From assembly GCF_006345805.1 (NCBI RefSeq), contig NC_042997.1, positions 131,068,001-131,132,000 on the forward strand: DNA of 64,000 nt, in the 5' to 3' direction. Each line of letters begins with the position of its first letter. Positions within the stretch are counted from its first letter, which is position 1. The DNA comes from Octopus sinensis (lineage: Eukaryota). A program made the translations under genes and the position numbers. Positions 24,189-35,958 of the stretch are shown in pieces. The notes beneath the pieces were generated by a model. The model saw nothing but the letters and a program-made list of their open reading frames with translations. It made no database searches and was not told the origin of the DNA.

Positions 24189-24462
24189 TAAACTATTACA
24201 CTCATGAGACAGAGATGACCGGCAAACTTTCGGAATAGCTATCATTACCTCACGAAGAAAAGCACCAGTAAAAATTTACTCGAAAATAGCTCGGAATTGG
24301 AGTGTAAAAATGTACAAAATTAAGTTTTAGACAAAAGCATTCTTTCACAGACAGAAACAACTTCCCAATTCGTTGCCCTTTTCTTTCTCTATGAGGTAGT
24401 AATAGCAATTCCAGAAACCCACCGATCATCTATTACACCTGTCCCATGAGTGTAATAGTTTA
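24189..24462. mobile_element. MITE with imperfect ~70-bp inverted ends and TA termini
   Basis: taaactattacactcatgagacag ... ctgtcccatgagtgtaatagttta. Confidence 0.7.
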
Positions 24463-24491
24463 CTTAATAATCCGTAAGTAAATAAAATATT

Positions 24492-24922
24492 CTTTTCTAC
24501 TCTAGGCACAAGGCCCGAAATTTTGTTGGAGGGGGCCAGTTGATTAGATCGACCCCAGTACGCAACTGGTACTTAATTTATCGACCACGAAAGGATGAAA
24601 GACAAAGTCGACCTCGGCGGAATTTGAACTCAGAACATAGCGGCAGACGAAATACTGCTGAGCATTTCGCCTGGCGTATTAACGTTTCTTATTCCTTTAC
24701 TGCCCACAAGGGGCTACACACAGAGGGGACAAACAAGGATAGACAAACGGATGAAGTCGATTATATCGATCCCAGTGCGTAACTGGTACTCAATTTATCG
24801 ACCCCGAAAGGATGAAAGGCAAAGTCGACCTCGAGGGAATTTGAACTCAGAACGTAGCGGCAGAAGAAATACGGCTACGCATTTCGCCCGGCGTGCTAAC
24901 GTTTCTGCCAGCTCACCGCCTT
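24492..24922 (-). mobile_element. SINE family B head-to-tail dimer flanked by a 17-bp TSD
   Basis: taagtaaataaaatatt at 24475-24491 and 24923-24939. Confidence 0.85.
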
Positions 24923-25347
24923 TAAGTAAATAAAATATTGGCGGTCAATAATAGAAAAGTAGTCTAATTTATCCCAATGTTTAACTGCTCTTTTCTTTCT
25001 CGCAGCTGTATAATGTCTGCATTCGTTATACACATTTCCGTGCTCTGCAACACCGAACATTTGCAACAGGTTATTTTACTGTGAGATTATTTAAACTTCA
25101 TGAGAGAGTGTAAGCACCATAAATTTCTTAAAGATTTTATTTCCTTGTGAATGCAGCGTTAAGGACATTATTCAAAATGTCGTAGTAGTAGGCTGTTTTA
25201 CAATGGTAAGAGGAAAATAATGACAAAGATAGTGCACTTTTGGTAATAACTGCGTTTGTTGCGGAAGAGGTTGTTAGGAAGAGGTTGTTCGTTAGAAATA
25301 GAAAGATGTGCGACGTCTGAAAGCGAAAACGACTGTCCCATAATATT

Positions 25348-25573
25348 TATTTCTTTATTGCCCACAGGGGGCTAAACATAGACGGGACAAACAAGGACAG
25401 ACAAAGGGATTTAGTCGATTACATCAACCCTAGTGCGTAACTGGTACTTATTTAATCGACCCCGAAAGGATGAAAGGCAAAGTCGACCTCAGCGGAATTT
25501 AAACTCAGAACATAACGGCAGACGAAATACGGCTACGCATTTCGTCCGGCGTGCTAACGTTTCTGCCAGCTCG
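25348..25573 (-). mobile_element. SINE family B
   Basis: Homology to 3078-3307. Confidence 0.88.
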
Positions 25574-26021
25574 CATAATATTCCGAGGGGTTCGTATTTA
25601 TACATGTTGGAAAGCTGAGTGAAGGTCGGAAACTATGGGGAGCAAATTGGCTTATCTATGTTAATCTATATTTAACTCAAGAATGTTTACTTAAACAATA
25701 GAACTTATCTTAGTTTGGCGGATGATCCTCACAAATTTCTAAGTGCTAATGCCGAGAACAATGGAAAGAATCTGATAGAAAAAAATCTAGGCTAGGGTTT
25801 CGACTTCTGGCAAAGAACCCAGGAAACGATTAGTTTCACACTTCATGCGAAGCCAATAGTCTGCTTGTCAATTAGAGAAAGAAAAAAAAAAAGAGCTATT
25901 TTATCATTGTTAACTGCTGGCCAGCTGTGATCGAGCAGATCTCTAATCAAAGACATTCTAGACGTGACCGTCTTGCCTTTTTTGTATTTCCAGGACTTAT
26001 ATATTCCACTTTTTTTTGTCG

Positions 26022-26312
26022 CCCTTTTCAAGCCTAGCCAGGCTCGTGGGCCCGGTTTCCCGGTTTCTGTGTTCCCCCCCAGCTGGACGGGACGTCAGTC
26101 CATCGCAGCGTTACTCAAGAAACAGGAAGAGGGAGAAAGTTGTGGCGAAAGAGTACAACAGGGGTCACCACCACCCTCTGCCGGAGGCTCGTGGAGCTTT
26201 TAGGTGTTTTCGCTCAATAAACACACGCACACAACGCCCAGTCTGGGAATCGAAACCGCGATCCTCCGACCGCGAGTCCGCTGCCCTAACCACTAGGCCA
26301 TTGCGCCTCCAC
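26022..26312 (-). mobile_element. SINE family C
   Basis: Head gtggaggcgcaatggcctagtggttag on the minus strand; gcgatggactgacgtcccgtccag segment. Confidence 0.85.
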
Positions 26313-26779
26313 TATATATTCCACTACTGAACTGTTTATACCAGTTGCTTGTGCAAACCCCCAAGAGTTCTTATGAATCCTACTGTTTACTTGCAGATTT
26401 TATAAATGGGTTTCAGATGTGATTTTTATGCATTTCTCGTGGGCATTAATGAATGTAATTGCAAAGAACCGGTTACATCACACGAATGATGTCAGATGAC
26501 TTTGAAGTTAATGATGATACGCCCCAGTGACTGGTTGTTGGACGAGAAAAAATATCGATTTCTAACATTGGCACAAGATCACATATCTATATTTGGCGGA
26601 TGTAAGAGGAAGAAACATCTTGCTAATTAACCTCATGATTAAAAATAATATGTTAATTTTTCATTTCTGTTCGTGTACGAATGCTGCGTACACACACACA
26701 CATACGAGAGAGAAAGAGAAAATCCACTCGTCTAATTGGCATAAAGCCACTCTCAAACACACTCCAACCTCTTACTCAC

Positions 26780-27060
26780 ATACATCTCGTCTTCTGTCTC
26801 TGGTTTTTCTACAGTGCTTACTACAAATGTCTCTGCTCTTCAGAGATGGACGATCTCGTACCATTTCCACCCAGACTTGCTTCTCCTTCCCTCATCACCC
26901 ATGTCCAACCTGTAAGTCTCTCACCCAACCTTGCCTCCGCAGAACGTTGACCGTCTGGAATTACTACTCTGCTTATATCCTTTCTCCACTATTCCACTTG
27001 CCACAAAATGTTTTGTTCGTCGCACTAACTGCTCAACCTATCCTTCGTCCATATAAGCGA
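26780..27060 (+). mobile_element. Possible Penelope-like GIY-YIG fragment
   Basis: HPCPTCKSL...FHLPQNVLF resembles the CxxC-preceded PLE endonuclease region; heavily degraded. Confidence 0.35.
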
Positions 27061-27521
27061 GAAAATATTGGTTTCAAATTTTGGTACAAGACCAGAAATT
27101 TTGGGGGAAGGCTCCACTGGTACTTATTTTATCGACTTCGAAAAGATGGAAGACAAAGTCAGCCTCAGAGAAATTTGAATCCAGAACGTAAAGATAGATG
27201 AAATGCTACCAATCATTTCGTACGACGAGATAACGATTGTGCCAGCTCTTCGCTTTATATGAGCGAGAAAATAGTATAACACATTAGAATGATTGTGTAC
27301 ACCTGAGATGTATAAACGAAATCGGTTGCAAAATACAATTTTAAAGTAGTGATTATTAACCAATGATTTACATCAATAATGTTTTGAGCTACCTCGCTAC
27401 CATGGAAACGACTGGCAGAGATGAACTAAATCAATATTGATTTTAGTCGATCAACATTCTGAGTTCAAATCCCACAGGGGTCATCAATATCTTTTATCTA
27501 TCAGAGATCGATAAAATAGGT

Positions 27522-27567
27522 ATTCATAACATACATACATACATACATGAATATATAGATGTATATA

Positions 27568-27607
<40 letters not shown>

Positions 27608-27654
27608 GTATGTATATAGATGTATATGTATATGTGTGTATATATATATATACA

Positions 27655-27702
<48 letters not shown>

Positions 27703-27762
27703 TGTATATATATATATATATAATATATATATATATATATGCATGTATATATATATATATGC

Positions 27763-27807
<45 letters not shown>

Positions 27808-27836
27808 TGTATATATATATATATATATATATATGC

Positions 27837-27875
<39 letters not shown>

Positions 27876-27967
27876 TGTATATATATATATATATATGCAT
27901 GTATATATATATATATGTGTGTATATATATATACATGCATATATATATATATAGATGTATATGTATA

Positions 27968-28013
<46 letters not shown>

Positions 28014-28146
28014 TGTATATGTATATGTGTGTATATATGTGTATATATATATATATACATGCATATATATATGTATATATATACATACATATATATATAA
28101 ATGTGTATATATATATATACATATATATATGTATATATATATATAT
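27522..28146. repeat. Long (TA)n array with recurrent tgcatg and gatgtatatgtatatgtgtg interruptions
   Basis: Directly visible. Confidence 0.95.
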
Positions 28147-28245
28147 AAAGTTAATCCAAACAAGAAAACAAAAACAAAAAAGCAACAATGCAAGGACGTG
28201 GAACAAATAAAGTATTATTGGATGCTCAGGAAAGAAGGGAAGAAG

Positions 28246-28280
<35 letters not shown>

Positions 28281-28582
28281 TACTTTCCAACAAAGGTGAC
28301 CGATTGTTTACTCAAAAAGCCTTCAATACTTGATGCTGTCTAAATGAACCTTAGATTTTGAGATCATCTAATTTAGCCCCACCCCAATACCTTCCCTCGT
28401 GTAACTTCTAGAACATCAATTATTTTAATTATACGGACTATTAACCTCGTCTTTAGAGTAATCTGTTTTTTATATTCATATCTGTGTACGTGTTAGTTTG
28501 TATTATTGCCGATGGCCACCAGGTACCTTAATCTTAAAAATCCTTTCATCTTTTCTTTTCTCTTTTTTCTCTTTTATCTATT

Positions 28583-28942
28583 ACTTGTTTCAGTTATTGG
28601 ACTGCGGCCATGCTGGGGCACCACCTTAAAAGGTTTAGTCGAACAAATTAACTCCATTACACTTATTCTAAGCCTTGTACTTATCCTATCGATTTCTGTT
28701 GCTGAACTGCAACGTTACAGGAACGTAAAGAAACCTACACCGGCTGTCGAGCGGCGTTGGGGACAAACACAGACTGAAACGCACACACATATAGGACAGG
28801 CTTCCTCATAGTTTCCGTCTACCATATTCTCTAACAAGTCGTTAGAAGCTCGAGGCTATAGTAGAAGACACTGGCTCAAGGTGCTGTGCAGTGGAACTGA
28901 ACCTGAAACCACATGGTTGCAAAGCAAGCTTCTTAACCACAT
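28583..28942 (-). mobile_element. SINE family A, diverged
   Basis: Homology to the family A tail and head. Confidence 0.75.
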
Positions 28943-29732
28943 AAAATCGACAGGGTTCGAGCTAAGTCTATTGGGAAACGTGTTCTTGCATGTGTACATG
29001 GACGCAGACCTGATTCGAATCTATATCTAGTATGGCTGAATGGTTAAGAACCTTGCTTTGCAACCGTGAGCTTTCGAGTTCGGTCCCACTGTGTGTTATC
29101 TTGGGCAAATATCATCGGGTCGACTCAAAGCTTGGGAGTGAAATTGGATAGACGGAAACTGTATTGGATTGTACTTGCATTGCACCATGTCACATACCAT
29201 GTGATGTTGATTTCGCTCAAGAATTACATTACGGGTTAATTCAGGAGTTGGTATAATTGAATTCTCATCGTCGAACGACGGAGATTCACCACCACCGCCG
29301 CCACATATAAGAATAAGAAACTTAATGATGGTCGGGGATCAAGTCGACCGAAAGCCCTGATATAAATATTGCAAATAGACCCTTTGATAATCAGGAAGAT
29401 TGTGATTTAATTCAACTTAAATTCATCTCCGACATGGAGACAAATATGCAATAATTTTAGTTGAAGGAAAAGCAATTCTATTACTTTTTTTCCTCGCTAT
29501 TAAAGTAACTGAAATCTTGTGCCGGATAAAGCAAGCAAATTACTTTTAAGGGTTCTGGATTTGAAGGAAACTCAAAACTTCAGAATTGTTACAATTTTGT
29601 TGTAATATGTTTTACTATTTCGCTTAGGCACAGCGAGACTAATAACGTAGTGTAGAACTCAATATATGTACGCTGTTGAACGAATCGTTAGTCGAGTACA
29701 GAGCGGTAATAAGAAAAGAGATGGCAAAGGAA

Positions 29733-29734
29733 TA

Positions 29735-29767
<33 letters not shown>

Positions 29768-30195
29768 TGTATGTATATATAGTTTCTTAAATGACCCTTT
29801 GGTTGTGAGCTAGAAATAAAAATGTCTATCTAAATGTAAAAAGAAATGTGATAAAATAAATTAAATTAAAATAAAATAAAATAAAGCGAGAGTCAGAGTC
29901 AACAGCAAAAGTTCTCTTAGAGAACTGCACTTGCATCTCTGGCAAGAACAAAATGTTTCATTTTGTTGAACTGTGTAATTAAATTTAGGAGTGTTATTAA
30001 TAACTCAGCAACTCACATTAATTCATAATTTCCAAAAGATTCCCCCAACCATTGAAAGCAATAAATATTAGTATAAGTACCCCCACCCATCTCATAAGCG
30101 AATAAGTGTGGGAAAATGTACAAAGCATTTCCGACCAGTAAGTATAAATATGGAGTCGAAATACTAGTACAATAAATATGGGGTCAGCATATTTA
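29733..30195 (+). repeat. Inverted duplication, left arm
   Basis: Reverse complement of 33205-33655; the only difference seen is (TATG)n copy number. Confidence 0.93.
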
Positions 30196-30197
30196 TA

Positions 30198-30337
30198 GAC
30201 TTTATTGGCTTACAGCTGTTTTCAATATAAGATGCAGTGGTACATGAAGTACATGTTTGAGGCTCTGATGAAACTCAGGCACTCAACTATGAGTCCATCG
30301 CATCTTATTGTGGAAACAGCTGTGAGCTAATGAAGTT
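30198..30337. mobile_element. Small hairpin MITE-like element
   Basis: tttattggcttacagctgttttcaatataagatgc ... gcatcttattgtggaaacagctgtgagctaatgaag inverted arms. Confidence 0.65.
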
Positions 30338-30417
30338 CTTAAGATAATCGTTTATTCGTTTGCCACCACTTGTTATAATACGTGTTTAAGCAATTATTTA
30401 ACTCAAGATGTTTATTT

Positions 30418-30632
30418 GTGGAGGCACATGGCCTAGTGGCTAGAGCAGCGGACTCGCGGTCGAGGGATCGCGGGTTCGAATCTCAGACCGGGCGATGTGT
30501 GTGTTTATGAGCGAGACACCTAAGCTCCACGCGGCTCCGGCAGAAGGTAATGGCGAACTTCTGCTGACTCTTTCGCCACAACTTTCTCTCACTCTTTCCT
30601 CCTGTATCTTGCAGCTCACCTGCGACAGATCG
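30418..30632 (+). mobile_element. SINE family C, 3'-truncated
   Basis: Head gtggaggcacatggcctagtgg; homologous to 43101-43387. Confidence 0.85.
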
Positions 30633-31803
30633 TTATTTCTGTGTTTCGGCAGCACCATTTCAAATGTACTCCAGTAGATCTTACTTCATTTTTGTAGAGT
30701 ATTAGCAACTCAGCGAGGCCGAAGCATTTTCTGTCCCTGATGAAGAACCTCAGTCTGTTTGAAGCTATTTTGATCTTGTTAATGAATATGTAGTCACCAT
30801 GAGAAATCAACAAGAATTACGCAACCTAGCATTTAATGTAATTGTGAGGATTTTAGATGTGTTGTTGTTCGTTTGTACAAAGGATATGTTACAATACTGT
30901 TTCTTTGAGATGTGTAATGATTATGTCGTAATGTCATCAAAAGAACTGGGCTGTCAGATTTCACTCTACATTAATGACAATTCTTAAGGTGTTTGTTCAT
31001 GGAGATCATGCAAGCCAAGCGTGAGGTATTTAAATAGTGCATGAATGACACCTCTGTGTAGAAAATTGCAGTGCAGGGAAATGTATCATCCACATAGGGA
31101 CGTCAGTTGTTAGAAGTAACATTAAGTAGGTCGTTAAATGTACGAAATTACGTAAAGGTCGGGTTTTTGGAGATTAGAAATAAACCAAGAGTATTTTGTG
31201 CCAGTGTTTCCGTCACAGATACAAGTAGAGGTTGATTTTAAATAGTGTGGAAGGTTAGATATGGCGAAAGATTCGTCCACTGCTTCAGCTGTACTAGTAT
31301 AGGGGACATGCGAAAACCAGGAGGAATTGCAAACGCAATAACTACAGAGAGAGAGAGAGGGGGAGAGAGGGGCAAAGAGAGAGAGAGAGAGGGTGTATGC
31401 GTGTGTACGTGTGTGAGAGAGAATGAGAGAGAGAGAGAAAGGGAGAGAAAGGAGAAAGGCGGGAAAGTGAAGTAAGCCAGTTGTTTATGAGGTATGGGTT
31501 TGGGAGGAGTTTTGTTTCTGTGTCAGACAGCAACTTGCAGTAACTTTATCAGTGTTACTAATTGTAATATCTTGATTTAGGAGTGTCAGGTAGGTGAGCT
31601 TAGCAAAACTGGGAAATAAAGCAAATTAGCTGACTAGAAAGCATACCTGGCTCAAATAATAAATAATCCTTTCTACTATAGGCGCAAGGCCTGAAGTTTG
31701 CCAGTAGGAGACTAATCAATCACATCGACCACAATTTTTAACTGGTACTTTTTTCATCGATCGTAAAAAAATGAAAGGAAAAGTCTACCTCGGCAGAATT
31801 TGA

Positions 31804-32030
31804 AAGGCGGCGAGATGCCAGAAACGTTAGCACGCCGGGTGAAATGCTTAGCGGTATTTCGTCTGCCGTTACATTCTGAGTTCAAATTCCGCCGAGGTCG
31901 ACTTTGCCTTTCATCCTTTCGGGGTCGATTAAATAAGTACCAGTTACGCAATGGGGTCGGTATAATCGACTTAATCCGTTTGTCCCTGTTTGTCTCCTCT
32001 ATGTTGCCCCCTGTGTGCAATAAAGAAATA
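31804..32030 (+). mobile_element. Young SINE family B inserted antisense into an older family B copy, 9-bp TSD
   Basis: agaatttga at 31795-31803 and 32031-32039; the host copy continues on both sides. Confidence 0.88.
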
Positions 32031-32869
32031 AGAATTTGAGTTCGGAACGTAAAGACGGAAGAAATGCCGCTAAGAATTTTGTCCTAAGTACTAACGATTC
32101 TGCTTGCTCGTCGTCGTCTTAAAAATGAGAAATGATCCTTTTTACTATAGGTGCAAGGCCTGAAATTTAGGGGAAGCGGGATAGTTGATTACATCGCCTC
32201 CAGAGCTTAACTGGTATTTATTTCATCGACCCTCACCGAAAAGATGAAATGCAAAAATCAACCCTTGTGGAATTTGAACTCAGAACCTAAAGTCGGGCGA
32301 AATGCTGCTAAGCGTTTAGCCCGGCGTACAAACGGCAAACAACAACAGCCTCAGAATGTTATCTTGCGCAATACAACTTTTTTTTTATCTTCGTTTTGTG
32401 TTGTCATAGAATTTTACGATTTGCTTTCTTTCATATGGATTATTCAATTTACATTTCTCTTCCACCGTGAGAAAAGCTCTTCTATTATTTGCTGAAACCT
32501 TTGTGTAAAAAGCACATCTGATATTTTCTTGATCCTTTGTGTGTAAAGCTCTTTTTGATAATATATTCTTGATCCGCTGAATGAAAAGCTTTTTTTGATA
32601 TTTACTCAGATCTCTGCGTAAACAACATATTTGATATTTGCTTGTTTCATTGTATGAAAAGCATTTTTATATTTGTTTGATCCCCTGAGTGGAAAACTTT
32701 AATGGATATCAAACTTGACCATTCTCATGAATAAATCTTTTTCGTTATGCGTTTTTTAAGCAAAATCCTATAGAAATCTTTTTTTTTTTAAATTTCTTTA
32801 AACCTAATTTATGTTAATACAAATAACTATTTTTAGTGAAGATAAATTGTACTATCCCATTATATAAAG

Positions 32870-33190
32870 CAGTAGATATCAACCATTTTTTGCCTATGGA
32901 CCCTTTGGATTACTATTCTATTCTTGTGAACCCCCAAAGCCATTCGATATGTAGAAACTAGTTTTATAGCCGCTACTTTCAAAATCCCTATTGTGCAAAG
33001 TCGAGCTGTCTAAAACATTAGTGAAAGAAACCTAGCCGTTTCATGTAATAAATACATCTTAAGCCAAACTTTTTTCATGGACAGTCAGAATAGTACTGTG
33101 GGTCCCCAATTTAGTATTTTACTTGTGTGGACTCCCAAAAATCTTATATGGACAGCCAGGGGTAATATAAACCCCGGTTGAGAACCTCTG
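32870..33190. mobile_element. hAT-like MITE (degenerate)
   Basis: cagtagatatcaacc ... ggttgagaacctctg resemble hAT CAG(G)GGTTCTCAACC TIRs; TSD not clear. Confidence 0.5.
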
Positions 33191-33204
33191 ATAGAAAACA
33201 CTTT

Positions 33205-33655
33205 TAAATATGCTGACCCCATATTTATTGTACTAGTATTTCGACTCCATATTTATACTTACTGGTCGGAAATGCTTTGTACATTTTCCCACACTTATTC
33301 GCTTATGAGATGGGTGGGGGTACTTATACTAATATTTATTGCTTTCAATGGTTGGGGGAATCTTTTGGAAATTATGAATTAATGTGAGTTGCTGAGTTAT
33401 TAATAACACTCCTAAATTTAATTACACAGTTCAACAAAATGAAACATTTTGTTCTTGCCAGAGATGCAAGTGCAGTTCTCTAAGAGAACTTTTGCTGTTG
33501 ACTCTGACTCTCGCTTTATTTTATTTTATTTTAATTTAATTTATTTTATCACATTTCTTTTTACATTTAGATAGACATTTTTATTTCTAGCTCACAACCA
33601 AAGGGTCATTTAAGAAACTATATATACATACATACATACATACATACATATATTA
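33205..33655 (-). repeat. Inverted duplication, right arm
   Basis: Reverse complement of 29733-30195. Confidence 0.93.
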
Positions 33656-33656
33656 A

Positions 33657-33715
<59 letters not shown>

Positions 33716-33718
<3 letters not shown>

Positions 33719-33879
33719 CGCAGGAGTGGCTGTGTGGTAAGTAGCTTGCTAACCAACCTCATGGTTCCGGGTTCAGTCCCACTGCGTGGCATCTTGGGCA
33801 AGTGTCTTCTGCTATAGCCCCGGGCCGACCAATGCCTTGTGAGTGGATTTGGTAGACGGAAACTGAAAGAAGCCTGTCG

Positions 33880-33916
<37 letters not shown>

Positions 33917-34128
33917 TTGTGTGTCTGTGTTTGTCCCCCTAGCATTGCTTGACAACCGATGCTGGTGTGTTTACGTCCCCGTCACTTAGCGGTTCGGCAA
34001 AAAGAGACCGATAGAATAAGTACTGGGCTTACAAAGAATAAGTCCCGGGGTCGATTTGCTCGACTAAAGGCGGTGCTCCAGCATGGCCGCAGTCAAATGA
34101 CTGAAACAAGTAAAAGAGAAAGAGAAAA
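33716..34128 (+). mobile_element. SINE family A, full length
   Basis: tRNA-like head aggcgcaggagtggctgtgtggtaag...ggttcagtccc, central (TA)/(TG) microsatellite, tail gactgaaacaagtaaaaga. Confidence 0.92.
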
Positions 34129-34399
34129 GATATATATATATATATATATATATATTCCCAGACCAGGCGTTGTGAGTGTTTATTGAGCGAAAACACCTAA
34201 AGTTCCACGAGGCTCCGGCAGGGGGTGGTGGCGATCCCTGCTGTACTCTTTCGCCACAACTTTCTCTCACTCTTTCTTCTGTTGGCCTGCTCGCTTAGCC
34301 AGCGGGGTGGCGTCATTTGAAGGCTAAAACAATGCGAAACGCATTGTGACCAGCGATGTGTAGCAACATCTGATAGCCTGGTCGGTCACGGTGATCACG

Positions 34400-34443
<44 letters not shown>

Positions 34444-34631
34444 TAGGGAAGGCCGGTTTATGTGATTACCCTGGATTTCCCGTCCATAAAAGGTTTAGCT
34501 TTATGGCGTACCGTCAGACCCCCTAATATCCTGTAGGCCTACAGGTTTTGGGGTCTGACGATACGCCATAAAGCTAAACCACCCTTTGTGGACGTGAAAC
34601 CCAGGGTAATCCCATAAACCGGCATTCTCCA
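34444..34631. mobile_element. ~190-bp palindromic hairpin element flanked by TTAA
   Basis: Arms pair about the central cctgtagg|cctacagg; ttaa at 34440-34443 and 34632-34635. Confidence 0.7.
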
Positions 34632-35112
34632 TTAAAATATACATTGCTCTGCATCTTAGAGTGTGCTTCTTCGGATTTATATTTTCTACAAACGATATAT
34701 ATATACATATACATACATACGCTAATATCGAACTGTGAGAATGACTGCTTACACCGCATTGGTGGATAAAATATTCTTTATTTGTAGGTTCACAATGCTA
34801 CCAATGGTTTCATATGAGAAGGAATATCTTAACAATTATCAAGCCTGCCACATAGAAACGTTGGTACACGTCTCCAAAATGTGTGTGTGTGTGTGTGTGT
34901 GTGTATGACGGACCGACCATAGCTATCACTCGTCTGACCTATTAGCATTTATCAATTAGCTTTCACTAATTGTTTTACGTGTCTATTTAGATACTAGCCA
35001 ACACAGAATTCTCTTGGCCGCCCCACAACGTGAGCTAGTGGAACATCGCGGATGTAACAACTAAAGGGAGAGGTGGTTGTCCCAGCATGAGACTGCAAGG
35101 AATAATAATACT

Positions 35113-35506
35113 CATTTACTTGTTTCAGTCGTTTGACTGTGGCCATGCTGGATCACCGCCTTTAGTCGAGCAAATCGATCCCAGGACTTATTCTTTGTAA
35201 GCCTAGTACTTATTCTATCGGTCTCTTTTGCCGAACCGCTAAGTGACGGGGACGTAAACACACCAGCATAGGTTGTCAAGCGATGTTGGGGGGACAAACA
35301 CAGACACACAAACATATACACACACATATATATACATATATACGACGGGCTTCTTTCAGTTTCCGTCTACCAAATCCACTCACAAGGCTTTGATCAGCCC
35401 CAGGCTATAGTAGAAGACACTTGCCCAAGGTGCCACGCAGTGGGACTGAACCCGGAACCATGTGGTTCGTAAGTAAGCTACTTACCACACAGCCACCCCT
35501 ATGCCT
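35113..35506 (-). mobile_element. SINE family A, full length
   Basis: Reverse complement of the family A consensus. Confidence 0.92.
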
Positions 35507-35659
35507 ATTTCCATATATTTTATATGAGGGCGTATATATGTGTGTTTATATATCTATACAGTAAATATGCATACAAAAGATATATAACTGCTAAAAATGA
35601 GAAATGTGACATTTTCTAGAAAATTGTAAATTGCATTATTACACTATAAAACTAACAGG

Positions 35660-35958
35660 CACTCCGTCGGTTACGACGACGAAAGTTCCAGTTGATTCGA
35701 TCAATGAAACAACCTGCTCATGAAATTAGCGTGCAAGTGGCTGAGTACTCCACAGACACGTGAACCCTTAACGTAGTTCTCAGGGAGATTCAGCGTGACA
35801 CAAAATGTGATAAGGCTGACTCTTTGAAATACAGCTGAGTGAACTGGAACAAAGTGAAATAAAGTGTCCTTTCAAGGAGACAACGCATAACCGGGAATTG
35901 AACTCACAACCTTGCGATTGTAAGCCAACTACCCTAACCACTAAGTCACACGCCTTCA
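35660..35958 (-). mobile_element. SINE family C variant
   Basis: tRNA-like head tgaaggcgtgtgacttagtggttaggg on the minus strand. Confidence 0.75.

Noticed and set aside
24392-24401. let-7-like TGAGGTAGTA
   Set aside because: Only a 10-nt match, lying in a MITE arm; the rest of let-7 and its precursor are absent.
26593-27201. 202-aa ORF
   Set aside because: Chimera of microsatellite, a degraded Penelope-like fragment and an antisense SINE B.
27484-28299. Longest ORFs in the track (YI repeats); likewise those at 6.5, 11.2, 38.2 and 56 kb
   Set aside because: Stop-free dinucleotide and tetranucleotide repeats, not genes.
33716-33790. SINE heads as additional tRNA genes (families A, B, C)
   Set aside because: They have A/B-box-like motifs but no complete cloverleaf, and they continue into SINE bodies.
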